Position numbers and translations under genes: made by a program. From the NCBI GenBank assembly GCA_951406725.2, contig OX597823.1, positions 79,794,001-79,858,000 on the forward strand: DNA of 64,000 nucleotides, in the 5' to 3' direction. The DNA is from Octopus vulgaris (Eukaryota). The notes beneath the pieces were generated by a model. The model saw only the letters and a program-made list of their open reading frames with translations. It was not told the origin of the DNA and made no database searches. Of this stretch, positions 51,397 through 64,000 are shown piece after piece. Numbering within the stretch: the first letter of the stretch is position 1; each line of letters begins with the position of its first letter.

Positions 51397-52139
51397 ATAT
51401 ACAAGTGCAATGTTCATAGGAGCGGAACAAAACGCCCTCAATCCTTGATATAGAGTATAATTATATTCACTCGGCTCATTCGGTTGGTTATTTTCACGTT
51501 TTACGATTGCTCGATCTGTCAGACAGGCGTTGCTGTTCTCTACGTTAAACAATGCGTTTTTATTTAAACATTGAAGCTGGTGTCGGGATTTCCCTATTTC
51601 TTCTGTAAAACAGAAGCCACATACGCTATACAACTAAAAGGAATATATCTCTGTTAAAACTAGAAAACTCTAATAATCATAATAGTGATACACAACGTCT
51701 CGTTTAATTTTTTGCTTGGTTTTCGCGTCGGGTCTTCTCGGTAGCACAAGTGTCACGAAGTGCATATGATAACATTATTTTCTTACAGTAAGGGGCGTCG
51801 ACTGTACTTGAATTGTTCGTAGAAGTCAATATTTAGTTTAAATTTCAGCTTGTCGTTTCGTGTCAAATTTCTTGATACCCATGTATCAGCTGTGTAGGTA
51901 GAAGCAGTCTGCAGTTCAAACTCCCTTGGTGCAAGGAATATGTCTCAAAGTAACCAAATATCTCTCGAACCACACACTGCTGTCTTACATGACGAAATAC
52001 ACGCATTGCATAATGTAATCAATTACTACATGATCCTAAAAGACATATCATAACGGCTGGCAGATATTTTATCATTGATCTGTTCGATCAGGGATGATTG
52101 CATCCTAATTAACAATACAAAGCATGGAAAAGAAATATA

Positions 52140-52345
52140 TCTTTTATTTGCTTCATTCATTAGACAGCGGCCATGTTGGGACGTCGTCTGGAAGAACTTT
52201 TAGTCGAATGTATCGACCCAAGTACTTATTCTATCCGTCTCTTTTGCCGAACCGCTTAGTTGCGGGGACGTAAATATACCAGCACCGGTTGTCAATCGGT
52301 AGTGGGGGAACCAAAACAGACATAAAGCCACACACACACACAACT

Positions 52346-52385
<40 letters not shown>

Positions 52386-52550
52386 TCGACGAGCTTCTTT
52401 CAGTTTCCCTCTACCAAATCCACTCACAGTGCTTTGGTCGACTTGAGGCTATAGTAGAAGACACTTGCTCAAAATGTCAAACAATGAGACTGAACCTGGA
52501 ACCATGTGGTTGGGAAGCAAGCTTCTTACCACACAGCCATCCTGTGCCTA
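52140..52550 (-). mobile_element. SINE family A
   Basis: Reverse complement of family A. Confidence 0.8.
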
Positions 52551-52644
52551 TAAAGAGCAGAAAGGAACAGAATAGAAAATAAATACAGGATACTAATTTT
52601 CATATTTTCTTCACCGAAAAAAATAGATTCCAAAATCAAGTAAC

Positions 52645-53094
52645 AGGTATAGCTGTGTGATCAAGAAATTCCCTTTGCATCTACGCGGTTTTGCGTTCAG
52701 TTCCACTGCACAGCACCTTGGGCAAGTGTCTTATATATTTCTTTGTATATTTCTTATATATTTCACTTTGGGCAAATGTCTATATATTTCTTTACAACTC
52801 ACAAGGGGCTAAACACAGAAGGGACAAACAAGGACAGACGAACGAATTAAATCGATTACATCGACTCCAGTGCGTAACTGGTACTTAATTTATCGACTCC
52901 GAAAGGATGAAAGGCAAAGTTGACCTCAACGGAATTTGAAATCAGAACGTAACGGCAGACGAAATATCGCTAAGCATTTCGCCCGGCGTGCTAACGATTC
53001 TGCCAGCTCGCCGCCCTACTATAACGCCAAAGAAGACCAGCAACTTGTGAGGGGATTTCTTTTATAGGCAGAAACTGTACAGAAACCCGCCGTA

Positions 53095-53136
<42 letters not shown>

Positions 53137-53350
53137 TGCAGGCGTGCGGGTAAGGAAACCTTTGTTTCTCAAATTACTTGAGAATCGGCGTTAGTTTGTT
53201 TAGATCCCTGTAACTTATCAGCTCGTCAATAAGTCCGACAGAATATGTATCTGATTTGAAATACGTACTGGGGTCGAGATTTTTGTTTCTTATTGGGGCC
53301 TCGATGGCCGTGCCTCGAGGTGACCGCAGTCCAATTACTAAAACAAACAA
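52645..53350 (+). mobile_element. Diverged SINE family A with a nested family B copy (about 52787-53016, minus strand)
   Basis: Family A head to GGGCAAGTGTCTT, insert, then resumes at TACTATA..; the insert ends TCTGCCAGCTCGCCGCC. Confidence 0.7.
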
Positions 53351-53588
53351 ATAAGTATACCAATCTATGATCATAAGCTTTTCACCCGTCTTTTCATTTT
53401 TCTTCATGTCGATCCTGACGGAGCAGATCTATGATTAAATGTATTCCGGCCATGTCCACCAGTCTTGTTTTCAGGAATAGTGTACAAAGGCATACATTAT
53501 CTAATGTGTTCTTCCTTTGCTTAAGGCTATAAGGGTAAAATTTTAAGAAAAATTGATTCCTATTTCAATCACTTAGAAGGATCGTGTT

Positions 53589-53790
53589 AAGGCGGAGAGC
53601 TGGCAAAATTGTTAGCACACCGGGCAAAATGCTTAATGGCATTTCGCCCGTCTTTATGTTCTGAGTTCAAATTCCGCCGAGGTCGACATGGCCCTTCATC
53701 TCATTCAGAGGTCGATAAAATAAGTCCCAGTTGGACAATGGAGTCATTGTAATCGACTTACCACCTCCCCAGAAATTGCTAGCCTTGAAA
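53589..53790 (+). mobile_element. SINE family B
   Basis: AAGGCGGAGAGCTGGCA head, GAGTTCAAATTCCGCCGAGGTCGAC. Confidence 0.75.
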
Positions 53791-54889
53791 CCTATCAGAA
53801 GGACTATGCAAAGGCTCCCTTATTCGCCCAGTTTTCACTGTTTACGAGTTTCAATTAATTATTGGACTTCGTTAGACTGTACCCTCGGTCTTCAAGAGTG
53901 CTGGCAATTTTATTTACTCCAATTCTTGTTTAGCACTTTTTTCTATCGATCTCAGGTTTTTGTAAAGCAGAAAATAAAGTCGACCTGCGTTGGGTTGGAC
54001 CTCGGATATAGATATACGAAAGCAGATACCGTATGGTATTGGTATTTTACCCGATGCCCTACGGAGTCTGCTAACGTAACCTTAATTTAATCGACCTAAA
54101 ACTTGCAAAAGTCTATGTTTTTAATTAAAATAATTTAAAGAAGAAAATCATTCTGTATTTCTGTAAGCTAGAAAACAAACATTTAGATATAACTGACAAG
54201 GGTGGATACAAGGATACTCGTGTTAATATCCCTGTATACACCCTTATTCAGTCGCATTAAATGATTGTATTCTAGCTTGGGGAAATGCAAACAAATTGGT
54301 GCCGAAATTCACAGAAAATAACTATAATAACAAAAAACTGCTGTAATTACGGTGCACTAAAATCTAATAAAAGTTACATCGAATTACTGCCCTGGTCTAG
54401 CATTCTGATCATAATAGATTTGTTTCAATCTATTCGTTATAATTTTTGTCGCTTATCATTAGTGTAATTTTAAAAAAAGAAAGATACTATTACACATGTT
54501 TTAAGGTGACGAGCTTGCAGGCTCTTTACCGTACCGGATAAAATGTTTAGCGGCATTTCTTCCGGATCTTTACCCAGACGGAGGTTTCTCAATCGTGTGT
54601 AGATGTTATTACTAATTTGTGATATACGATCTTATTTATATCTTGTACTGTAATTATATGTCATATATTATACATCATTTATTTATTATATATATTTCAA
54701 ACTCATTAATATGATCCTTGTGCAACCTCCTCACTTCTCATCACATTTTTATATAACTGCCTTGTCGATCCTCACGTTTTTTGTAACCTTCGTTGTATTA
54801 CGTTTCATTTGTAGTATGTATGATCCCTTGTGAACAACAAAGTACCTGTTATTATTGCTGTTGTCGTTGCTATTATCATCATCATCATC

Positions 54890-54902
54890 ATTATTAATTT
54901 TT

Positions 54903-54957
<55 letters not shown>

Positions 54958-55103
54958 TTTTATTTGTTATTATTATTATTATTAATTTTTATTTGTTATT
55001 ATTATTATTATTAATTTTTATTTGTTATTATTATTATTATTATTAATTTTTATTTGTTATTATTATTATTATTAATTTTTATTTCTTCTTCTTCTTCTTC
55101 TTC

Positions 55104-55154
<51 letters not shown>

Positions 55155-55160
55155 TTATTA

Positions 55161-55193
<33 letters not shown>
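54890..55193. repeat. (TTA)n-derived minisatellite, TTAATTTTTATTTG-(TTA)n units
   Basis: About six repeats of AATTTTTATTT separated by variable (TTA)n. Confidence 0.85.
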
Positions 55194-55194
<1 letters not shown>

Positions 55195-55447
55195 GGCTTG
55201 GAACTAGCAGAAAGTTTAGCATTTCGGGCAAAATGCTTAGCGGCATTTGTTTTGGCTTTACGTTCCGTGTTCAAATTCCGCTGAGGTTGGCTTTGCCTTT
55301 TATCGATAAATTAAGTACCATTTAAGCACTAGGATCGATATAATCCTTCAAAATTTCATAGCTTGTGCCTTTAATAGAAAGGATTATTATCATCTTTATT
55401 ATTATTATTATCGTCTTTATTATTATTATTATCATCTTTATTATTAA

Positions 55448-55497
<50 letters not shown>

Positions 55498-55705
55498 GCA
55501 AGCTGGCAGAATCGTTAGCATGCTGGGCAAAATGCTTAGCGGCCTTTCGCGCGTCTTCACTTTCTGAGTTCAAATTCTGCCGAGGTTGAGTTTGTCTTTC
55601 ATCCTTACGGGGCCGACAAAATAAACACCATTTGAACACGGGTCGTTGTAATCGATTTATCCTCTCCCCCGAAATTACTGCCCTAATGCAAAGATCTGAA
55701 ACCAT
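55194..55705 (+). mobile_element. Two diverged SINE family B copies separated by (TTA)n
   Basis: GGCAAAATGCTTAGCGGC and GTTCAAATTC motifs occur twice. Confidence 0.7.
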
Positions 55706-55717
55706 TATCATTATTAT

Positions 55718-56165
55718 TTGACGAAAACTCTCAGCTTATTTTGCTGGGTATGATGGGAAGTGTCAGCTGCCCACAGCCAGCAGACTAAGGTGACACTTGT
55801 TTACGGGTAATCCTTCAAGAGTCTTGTGAAGAATTCTTGCAGTTCGAAGCAATGTTGATTTTTGTAGATGTCTTACCATCACACTTACAGCAATCTTTTA
55901 AAGCCATGCTAATAGTTGAGTGCTGATACTTCCAAGTGCGCCAATTATTATTGGTATCACATTCACTCTCCTCATTTCCCACTCCAAATCGTCGTAGTTG
56001 TTCAGTTTTTCTTTTTCTTTGATTCTGTTGTCACCGGGACATGCAACTTCTTTCCTCTTTAATCACTAAACCATATCCTATTTCCGATGTCTGGTCAGGT
56101 GATCGCACTAAATCATTGCATTCCACAGGATTTTGCAATCTTCATTCTTGGTGACTTCTTGCAGG
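55718..56165 (-). pseudogene. R4/Dong-clade RLE fragment
   Basis: Manual translation CKILWNAMI..VACPGDNRI..VIPIIIGALGSIS..LQKSTLLRTARILHKTLE. Confidence 0.75.
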
Positions 56166-56547
56166 TGAGGCCCAGCGAGAATTTCTTCAAGTTGAGTAAC
56201 CCATCCTACTAAAAAGGACTCTCAATAAAGTTTGTTTAAGGATGTTGAACGAAAAACCCATGTTTCCAGAGGTGAATTATTCAAACCCCAAAGAATCACT
56301 CTCAACAAATGGCTATAATACTCCCCAACTACTTCTGCTTGTAATCAGAGATGCACATATCGTCAACCACCGAAGGACATCCTCAACTGGTTACGGTCAA
56401 GCAACTGACAAGCAAATCTGTGGTATTGAGCAGAATATTTTTTGTCATTCATCTTTATATACCAAGACAAAACATGTACATGCCAACACTTCTAATCATT
56501 TGAGATCAGAAACCCTGCGAGCCACTGCCTGGTACCGCTTCAGGTAA

Positions 56548-56605
<58 letters not shown>

Positions 56606-56607
<2 letters not shown>

Positions 56608-56810
56608 GGTGGTGAGCTGGCAGAATCGTTAGCACGAAATGTTGAGCGGTATTTCGTCAGCTGTTACGTTCTGAGTTCAAATTCCGTTGAGGTCGACTTT
56701 GCCTTTCATCGTTTCGGGGTTTTTAAATTAAATACAAAATACGTATTGGTGTCGATCTAATCGACTGCCCCACCCCAACAATTTCAAGCCTTGTGCCTAT
56801 AGTATAAAGG

Positions 56811-56812
<2 letters not shown>
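56606..56812 (+). mobile_element. SINE family B between (TTA)n tracts
   Basis: AAGGTGGTGAGCTGGCAGAATCGTTAGC head. Confidence 0.8.
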
Positions 56813-56872
<60 letters not shown>

Positions 56873-56939
56873 TGTTGCTGTTGTTGTTGCTGTTGTTGTC
56901 GTCATCATTGTCATCAATCTTCTTTGACTTGATCATCAT

Positions 56940-57105
56940 CGTGGTAAGTAACTTGCTTACCAACCACATGGTTCTGGGTTCAGTCTCACTGCGTGGCACC
57001 TTGGGCAACAGTCTTCTACTATAGCCTCGGGCCGACCAAAGTCTTGTGAGTGGATTTGGTAGATGGAAACTGAAAGAAGCCCGTCGTATATATGTATATG
57101 TGTGC

Positions 57106-57148
<43 letters not shown>

Positions 57149-57346
57149 TGTGTCTTTGTTTGTCCCCCAACATCGCTTGACAACCGATGTTGGTGTGTTT
57201 AAATCCCCGTAACTTAGCGGTTCAGCAAAAAGAGACCGATAGAAAATGTACTAGGCTTACAAAGAATAAGTCCTGGGGGCGATTTGCTTGACTAAAGGCG
57301 GTGCTCCAGCATGGCCGCAGTCAAATGACTGAAACAAGTAAAAGAG
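56940..57346 (+). mobile_element. SINE family A, slightly 5'-truncated
   Basis: High identity to 9867-10256. Confidence 0.9.
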
Positions 57347-58709
57347 TTCCTTCTACGCATCACCACCACAACCACTACCACCACCACTGCTATAACTCTT
57401 ATTTACCGGTCCTGTTGTTATTGTTGTCAGCTTACACACATAAATTGTGAAATATATTTTTCTCTTTCGTTTTCCATTAGCCTAAACTAATTCTAGACAA
57501 TTCTACTAATTCGGTTCATTCTCCAATTAATAGATTTCTTTTCCTCGCAAACATTTACTCCGTGCCATAACCATCTAACTACCACCACAACTGTCATCAT
57601 TCAATTACCACCATTAGATGACCAACAAATCACCACATCTACTGCTTTTACTAATATCTCCACCACCACAACACATATCACCTAAAATGCAATGCATTAT
57701 GTTAGTAAAAGTGTGTGTAAGCTATTGCGTGGGAACGTAAGGACACATGAAGACATTTTTCATCCTTTCCTCAGATAGAATATAGCAAAGAGAACAAGAA
57801 AATCTGTAGCTAAGTGGGAACAAATAATTGACAATTTTGAATAATGCAATTACCAGGAAAAAATCTAGGTAAAGTTCGAAAGCTTCTCTTTCAATGAAGA
57901 AAATATGTTTCGCTAGAAGACATGGCGAAGAAAATCACGAAACGTAACATTTTATTTGTTAATTCGCATATTTGGTTCATTTATCTCCATTTTCTGTCAG
58001 ATATTTTGGAGACAAATGATATCGGTTGTCAGCAAGCATGCATAAACACGCAAATTGCACACAAACACAAATGCAAAAAAGACTTATGGATGGATATGCG
58101 CAATCCAATGCGCTGTCTCTGTTTACACATCTCCGCACTACACACAGACAGAGAGACTCACATGCTCACACACACATATACATACACATACGTAATCACA
58201 CACACATGTCAGACAATAAAAAGCATCATTCGTACCGATGTTAAAATTGTGAGTCTAGGAGAGAACCAGCAAAATTCTGCTTAGGGGCAACGAAGACCAA
58301 CGAAGAACTTCGGCAATATACTTGCAATTAGCTGGGAACAATGGAATAAAACTACTTCTTAAATAATCTATTTCATTCTTTGTTTTATTATGATTCCACA
58401 CACACAACTATATGTACGAATATCGTTTTTGTCAAAGTAATATTCCCTAAGAGAAGCCATTAGCGCTAAATGGCTGTTAACATTAAGTATTATTAGAAGC
58501 CTGGCATCCCTGGCCGTGATAGCTAAAACATTAATCAACTCAAGAATAATGCATACGTACGTACACACACACACATATATATATAGATACACAGACGTGG
58601 TTATATAGAATATATACATATGTATACATCCATACTCACAGAAACATATACCTGTTGTTTCATGTTTTGGATACTTATAATGCCCAACGTTTCATATCTA
58701 GCTAGCTAG

Positions 58710-58781
<72 letters not shown>

Positions 58782-58782
58782 T

Positions 58783-58998
58783 CTTCTATTTGTTTCAGTC
58801 ATTTGACTGCGGCCATGCTGGAACACCCCCTTTAGTCGAGCAAATCGACCCAAAGACTTATTCTTTGTACGCTTAGTACTTATTCTATCGGGCTCTCTTG
58901 CCGAACCGCTAAGTGACGGGGACGTAAATACACCAGCATCGGTTGTCAAGCGATGTTGGGGGGTCAAACACAGATACACAAACACATACATACATACA

Positions 58999-59034
<36 letters not shown>

Positions 59035-59198
59035 CGACGGACTTCTTTCAGTTTCCCTCTACCAAATCCACTCACAAGGCTTTGGTTGGTCCGAGGGTAT
59101 AGTAGAATGAAACCTGCCAAAGGTGCCACGCAGTGGCACTGAACCCGGGACCATGTGGTTGGTAAGCAAGCTACTAACCACACAGCTGCTCCTGCGTC
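58783..59198 (-). mobile_element. SINE family A
   Basis: Reverse complement of family A. Confidence 0.85.
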
Positions 59199-59234
59199 TG
59201 TATATATATACATACATATATATATGTATGTATA

Positions 59235-59361
<127 letters not shown>

Positions 59362-59378
59362 GTATATATATATGTATA

Positions 59379-59432
<54 letters not shown>

Positions 59433-59450
59433 GTATATATATATATATAC

Positions 59451-59485
<35 letters not shown>

Positions 59486-60110
59486 ATATATATATATATA
59501 TATATATATAATCATACACACATTTCTGTCTTTCTATGTATTGCTGAGGGCTTGTGTTGGCACGTTTTTTTTTAAGAATGTATCTCTTTTACATCAATTG
59601 TATCTCTAACATTATTTTGTTCGTCACAACATATGCTCGACCGACACGCTTTTAACCACTTTAAATAAGAAACAAAATCCAATTGATAATCGAATTCATC
59701 TGTTTAACGAAATAATCAATACTGCAATGTATCCTTTAATAGAGCAGTACCTTATGTGGCAAAAAAAAAACAATATCCTTAGGAATCCAACAACTGAGAT
59801 CATCGTGAGGGAACCGAACTAGAAGGAAATCCAGGAAGTGATTAAGGTAGCTACATCAGCCTCTACTTCATTCCCACTGAAGTATTGTGCAGCGCTGTAA
59901 ACGTTCTCCGAGACTCATTCATCAGCGGTGAAAGATTCTAAAAGTAATCTGACAGCGATAAGAGTAACCAATAATTGGAAATGTGGCGAGAGTGTTTGGA
60001 TCCCCAAGGAATGGAACTCTAAAAGATCGAGCACTTCAAGACCACTATTTTGCATATTTGATGGGTTTAATCGATCATGACGATGTTGCACTTATTTCAA
60101 TCTATATATT

Positions 60111-60409
60111 TCTTATTTCTTTATTACCCACAAGGGGCTAAACATAGAGGGGACAAACAAGGACAGACATAGGTATTAAGTCGATTACATCGACCCCAGT
60201 GCGTAACTGGTACTTAATTTATCGACCCCGAAAGGATGAAAGGCAAAGTCGACCTCGGCGGAATTTGAACTCAGAACGTAGAGCCAGACGAAATACTGCT
60301 AAGCATTTCGCCCGGATTGCTAACGTTTCTGCCAGCTCGCCGCCCTTTTCTGCCAGCTCGCCGCCCTTTTCTGCCAGCTCGCCGCCCTTTTCTGCCAGCT
60401 CGCCGCCCT
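60111..60409 (-). mobile_element. SINE family B with a four-fold duplicated 21-bp 5' end
   Basis: TSD ATCTATATATT (60100-60110, 60410-60420); TCTGCCAGCTCGCCGCCCTTT repeated four times. Confidence 0.9.
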
Positions 60410-60534
60410 ATCTATATATTACTAATTTGTAATTTGGTCACCCAGAAGACGCTGAACGGGCAGAGTTCTCAGCTTGACTAGAAAACTTATTTTTTAGTAT
60501 TTTCTCCTGACCGCTAACAAAGTTCCTTCTAAAT

Positions 60535-60710
60535 CAGTGCTCCGCAACTGGTATTTCGCAACACAGTGGTGTGCCACAAGGCGATGCTAGGTGTTCCGCA
60601 GTGTCACTTGAATATAATTTTTCCCCTATACTTTTAGTTATATTTTTATTTGAAATATTTTGAAAAGACTATAAGTGTACCGCAAATGAAAAAAAGGTTG
60701 CGGAACACTG
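60535..60710. mobile_element. hAT (Charlie-like) MITE
   Basis: TIRs CAGTGCTCCGCAAC / GTTGCGGAACACTG; 8-bp TSD TTCTAAAT / GTCTAAAC. Confidence 0.85.
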
Positions 60711-62448
60711 GTCTAAACAAACGATTACATCAATGCATCTGTGACACAAAAGTAGAATATTTAGAACAGATTGGCTGCTTGGGGTATTTAGGAATAGTCA
60801 CTCATCTCTTAATAGAAGTAAAGGAAGGCAAGGGAAAACTGATGGTTCTTTTTGTTGGACTTCTCAAACGACAATGAATCTATGCCATACAGGCCAGCAG
60901 AAGTAGTTCTTTGAAGACACCCATATTTACAGTAAGATAAATGGCCTCACTCTGGATTATTATTGCAGCTTTGGAACAAGTGTTACTTCTATTTCCACAA
61001 TATCAGCGTGGCACAGGCTAGAAAAATGAATTATAACTAACTGCACCAACTTTATCTTAATTTTTGCCACGAATATGGTGGTCAAGTCCTCACAGGTAGA
61101 GTACCAAGGATCCTAGATGAAGGCCTGTATGCAGCAGCCATCTATAAGAGCTTTCGTATCTGACCCGACTGTAACATAATCAGTCGCTAATGGCGAGTGG
61201 ATCTTACTAAGACTTGAAAAGCTCATCTCACGAGCAAAGATAAGCTTTAAACCACCAAATGCCAGTTCCTTTACACTGAAGTGAAGGTAAGTGCTGCAAA
61301 AATTCCACTTGGTCATATCCGAAGCTACCATATCATTGTTAAGAACAATGAGTCAGAAGCTTGAGAAAAATCTCTTTGACTGCAACAAAAAGGACGTTGA
61401 TGCTATCCGTGAAACAAACAGAGACCATAAAGCCTGGCTCTGATTGGGCGGGCTTAGATTCATTGTAAAACGTAAAGGATGTGGACCATATGTTCCGTCC
61501 GTGAAACGATGATGGAAGCGAGGTTTTGGTTAAAGAGGCGAAATCCGTGGTTAATTGCTGCAAGATTTGGTAATATCTGGTTGTGATCTGATATCCACTA
61601 CAATCCCAAGAACACTTCTGATGATTCATTCCAGATCTTCCTAATGATGTAACTTGTATAGAGTTTCTTTGTAACATTAAGTTTTGTCTCTCGAGGCTTA
61701 AGTAATAACACTGTTGGAATAAACCTTGAAAGGCAACATTTAGCTTACAACAAAGCGTTGTATACTGAACTGAAGTAGATTCCTACTACAGTACTGAGTT
61801 CTTTCATCAGTAAATATTTATTTATCGTTATTCATCACTTAACATCTCTAATACAAACATACAAACACACACACATACAAATACACCACACACTCACATA
61901 TGGCCCATAACCCGGCGGTTCGACAAATAGAGTTGGATAAATTGAGAAGTAGCTTCAGCATTGAAATCCATTAATATACCCGAAATGCTGTTCTAGTCAA
62001 CGAGTCGCTCCCTTTTGAAGTTGGAAGCCTATTTACTGTTTTAGCATCACGTGCAGGATGGTGGTGGGTTATGTAATTTGAACTCACAGTACAGAGGACC
62101 GGAAGAAATTCCACAAAGCATCTCATCCGACACTCTAAACATAGCGTCCCAAGTCAATCTATGGCCTTGAACATGTACATTATTTACCGATCCTGAAAAG
62201 ATTATATTCAAATTTGATTTCGGCAGGATTTAAACACAGAGTGTACAGAGCTGAGACAAGTAGCTTAGGGTTAGGGGATTCTAGCCGAGCTCTGAGAACT
62301 CTGCCCGTTCAGCGTATTCTGGGTGACCAAACTACAAATTTCTAGTATATAGAATGAAATAAGTGCCACATTGTTATGATCGATTAAACCCATCGAAGGA
62401 GGCAGTGAAGTATAACCACAGTTCAATACATGAAGCCAGAAAAAGAAA

Positions 62449-62450
<2 letters not shown>

Positions 62451-62547
<97 letters not shown>

Positions 62548-62581
62548 ATCTATCTGTCTGTCTGTCAGTCTATCAGTCTAT

Positions 62582-62655
<74 letters not shown>

Positions 62656-62790
62656 GTCTTTACCTATCTATCTATCTTTATCTTTTGCTTATTGCAGATA
62701 TTGCATTGCCGCCATGTTGCGTAACGCACACACATAGTCATAGTTATATAAACATGTATATATATGAATGTATGTTTATACAGGGGAGAC

Positions 62791-62827
<37 letters not shown>

Positions 62828-62971
62828 AGCAGGGTGTTGTGCGTGTGTGTGCTCACATATGCGGTGAATGTAAAATCTGCACTCCTTTAAATTTCCACAA
62901 ACTTATATATATGTGCGTGTGTGTGTGTGTGTGTGCGCGCATGTGTGTGTGTGTGTGTGTGTTTACATATA

Positions 62972-63014
<43 letters not shown>

Positions 63015-63090
63015 ATACATACATATATATATTTATATATGCATGTAAATATGCATATATATATATATATATATACATATAAATATGCAC

Positions 63091-63139
<49 letters not shown>

Positions 63140-63405
63140 ACAAGGAGAGACACAGAGGCATATTTGCGTGTGCATGTGTGCCTACGTATGCGGTGTGTGT
63201 AAAATCTACACTCATTTATACATGTAGACAAATCTATGTATACATACATACATGTGTGTGTATGTGTGTATGCGTGTATGTGTGTACGTGTGTATGTGTA
63301 CGTGTGTATGTGTGCGCAAATGTGTGTGTGTGTGTGTGTGCATGTATGTGCGTTTGCGTGTATGTGTGTGTATGTATATGTATGTATGTAGAGACGTGTG
63401 TATAC
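62451..63405. repeat. Compound microsatellite block (TATC)n, (GA)n, (TG)n, (TA)n
   Basis: Composition. Confidence 0.9.
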
Positions 63406-63596
63406 ACGCGTCGGCTTGAAAAAGCTAAAAAGCTTTCTCCAATGTTTACTAACAGTTATTGTTGATGGTTATCATCAGAAATAATCTACGAAGGGTGTGA
63501 CGTGTCTGCATGTTTACATTAAAACACCGTCAGCATGAATTTTAGCCACGACGTAATGTGATATTATAGCATTACAGACGAGCGTATATATATGGG

Positions 63597-63629
<33 letters not shown>

Positions 63630-63829
63630 GGGGTGAGAGGAGAGAGAGAGGGCGAGAGGAGAGTGAAGGCAAGAGGAGAGAGAGGGCAAGAGGAGAGAGA
63701 GAGAGAGGGCAAGAGGAGAGAGGGAGAGGGAGAGGAGAGAGAGAGGTAGGGAGAGAGAGAGCGTTGTGAGAGAGGGGGCGGAAAGATGGAAGCCAGTGCT
63801 TTAGCAATAGAGTAAAACGTAAAAGATAA

Positions 63830-63884
<55 letters not shown>

Positions 63885-63950
63885 TGATAATAATAATGAT
63901 GATAATAATGATGATGATAATAATAATAATAAAAGTAATAACAATAATTC
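63597..63950. repeat. Polypurine (GA/GGA) tract followed by (TAA/TGA)n
   Basis: Composition. Confidence 0.9.
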
Positions 63951-64000
63951 AACGATGTGATTAATCAGAATCTGAGCAATAAACTAAATATATATTTCGA

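Larger units (their letters stand above)
59780..61470 (+). pseudogene. Highly decayed Hero/NeSL-like non-LTR RT remnant, interrupted by a SINE and a MITE
   Basis: Manual fragments EPN*KEIQEVIKVA, KILKVI*..WKCGESVWIPKE, GCLGYLGIVTHLLIEVKEGKGKLMVL, RAKISFKPPNASSFTLK; clade assigned from remembered motifs. Confidence 0.65.

Noticed and set aside
57922-58284. 120-aa ORF with a possible AG at 58000 and GTGAGT near 58248
   Set aside because: The interior is decayed (CA)n-like sequence with no protein similarity I recognise

Overview
This is AT-rich, microsatellite-dense eukaryotic DNA with (TA)n, (CA)n, (GATA)n, (TAA)n and (GA)n tracts. The tRNA-derived SINE repertoire and repeat landscape look like a coleoid cephalopod, probably Octopus (inference from pattern recognition, no database search). 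I find no intact host protein-coding gene. Nearly all ORFs in the track are microsatellite or SINE artefacts, and the protein-like ones are decayed transposon pieces (Penelope RT plus GIY-YIG, R4/Dong RLE, Hero/NeSL-like RT, CR1/L2, RTE, mariner). The window also holds several modular SINE families, hAT, pogo/Tigger and mariner MITEs, and two non-autonomous Helitrons. The most interesting signal is a set of small non-coding elements embedded in (TA)n tracts that carry hammerhead-ribozyme (HHR) motifs: a 494-bp retrozyme-like unit with terminal direct repeats and a near-canonical type I HHR (6207-6270, minus strand), a minimal HHR family lacking A6 in all three copies, and a possible non-circularly permuted HHR. 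A (TA)n-flanked Penelope element in the same window is their likely partner. Other highlights are an RTE insertion that captured 157 bp of neighbouring DNA inside its target-site duplication (TSD), SINE multimers inserted as single units, and two candidate microexons suggesting the window is an intron of a large plus-strand gene.
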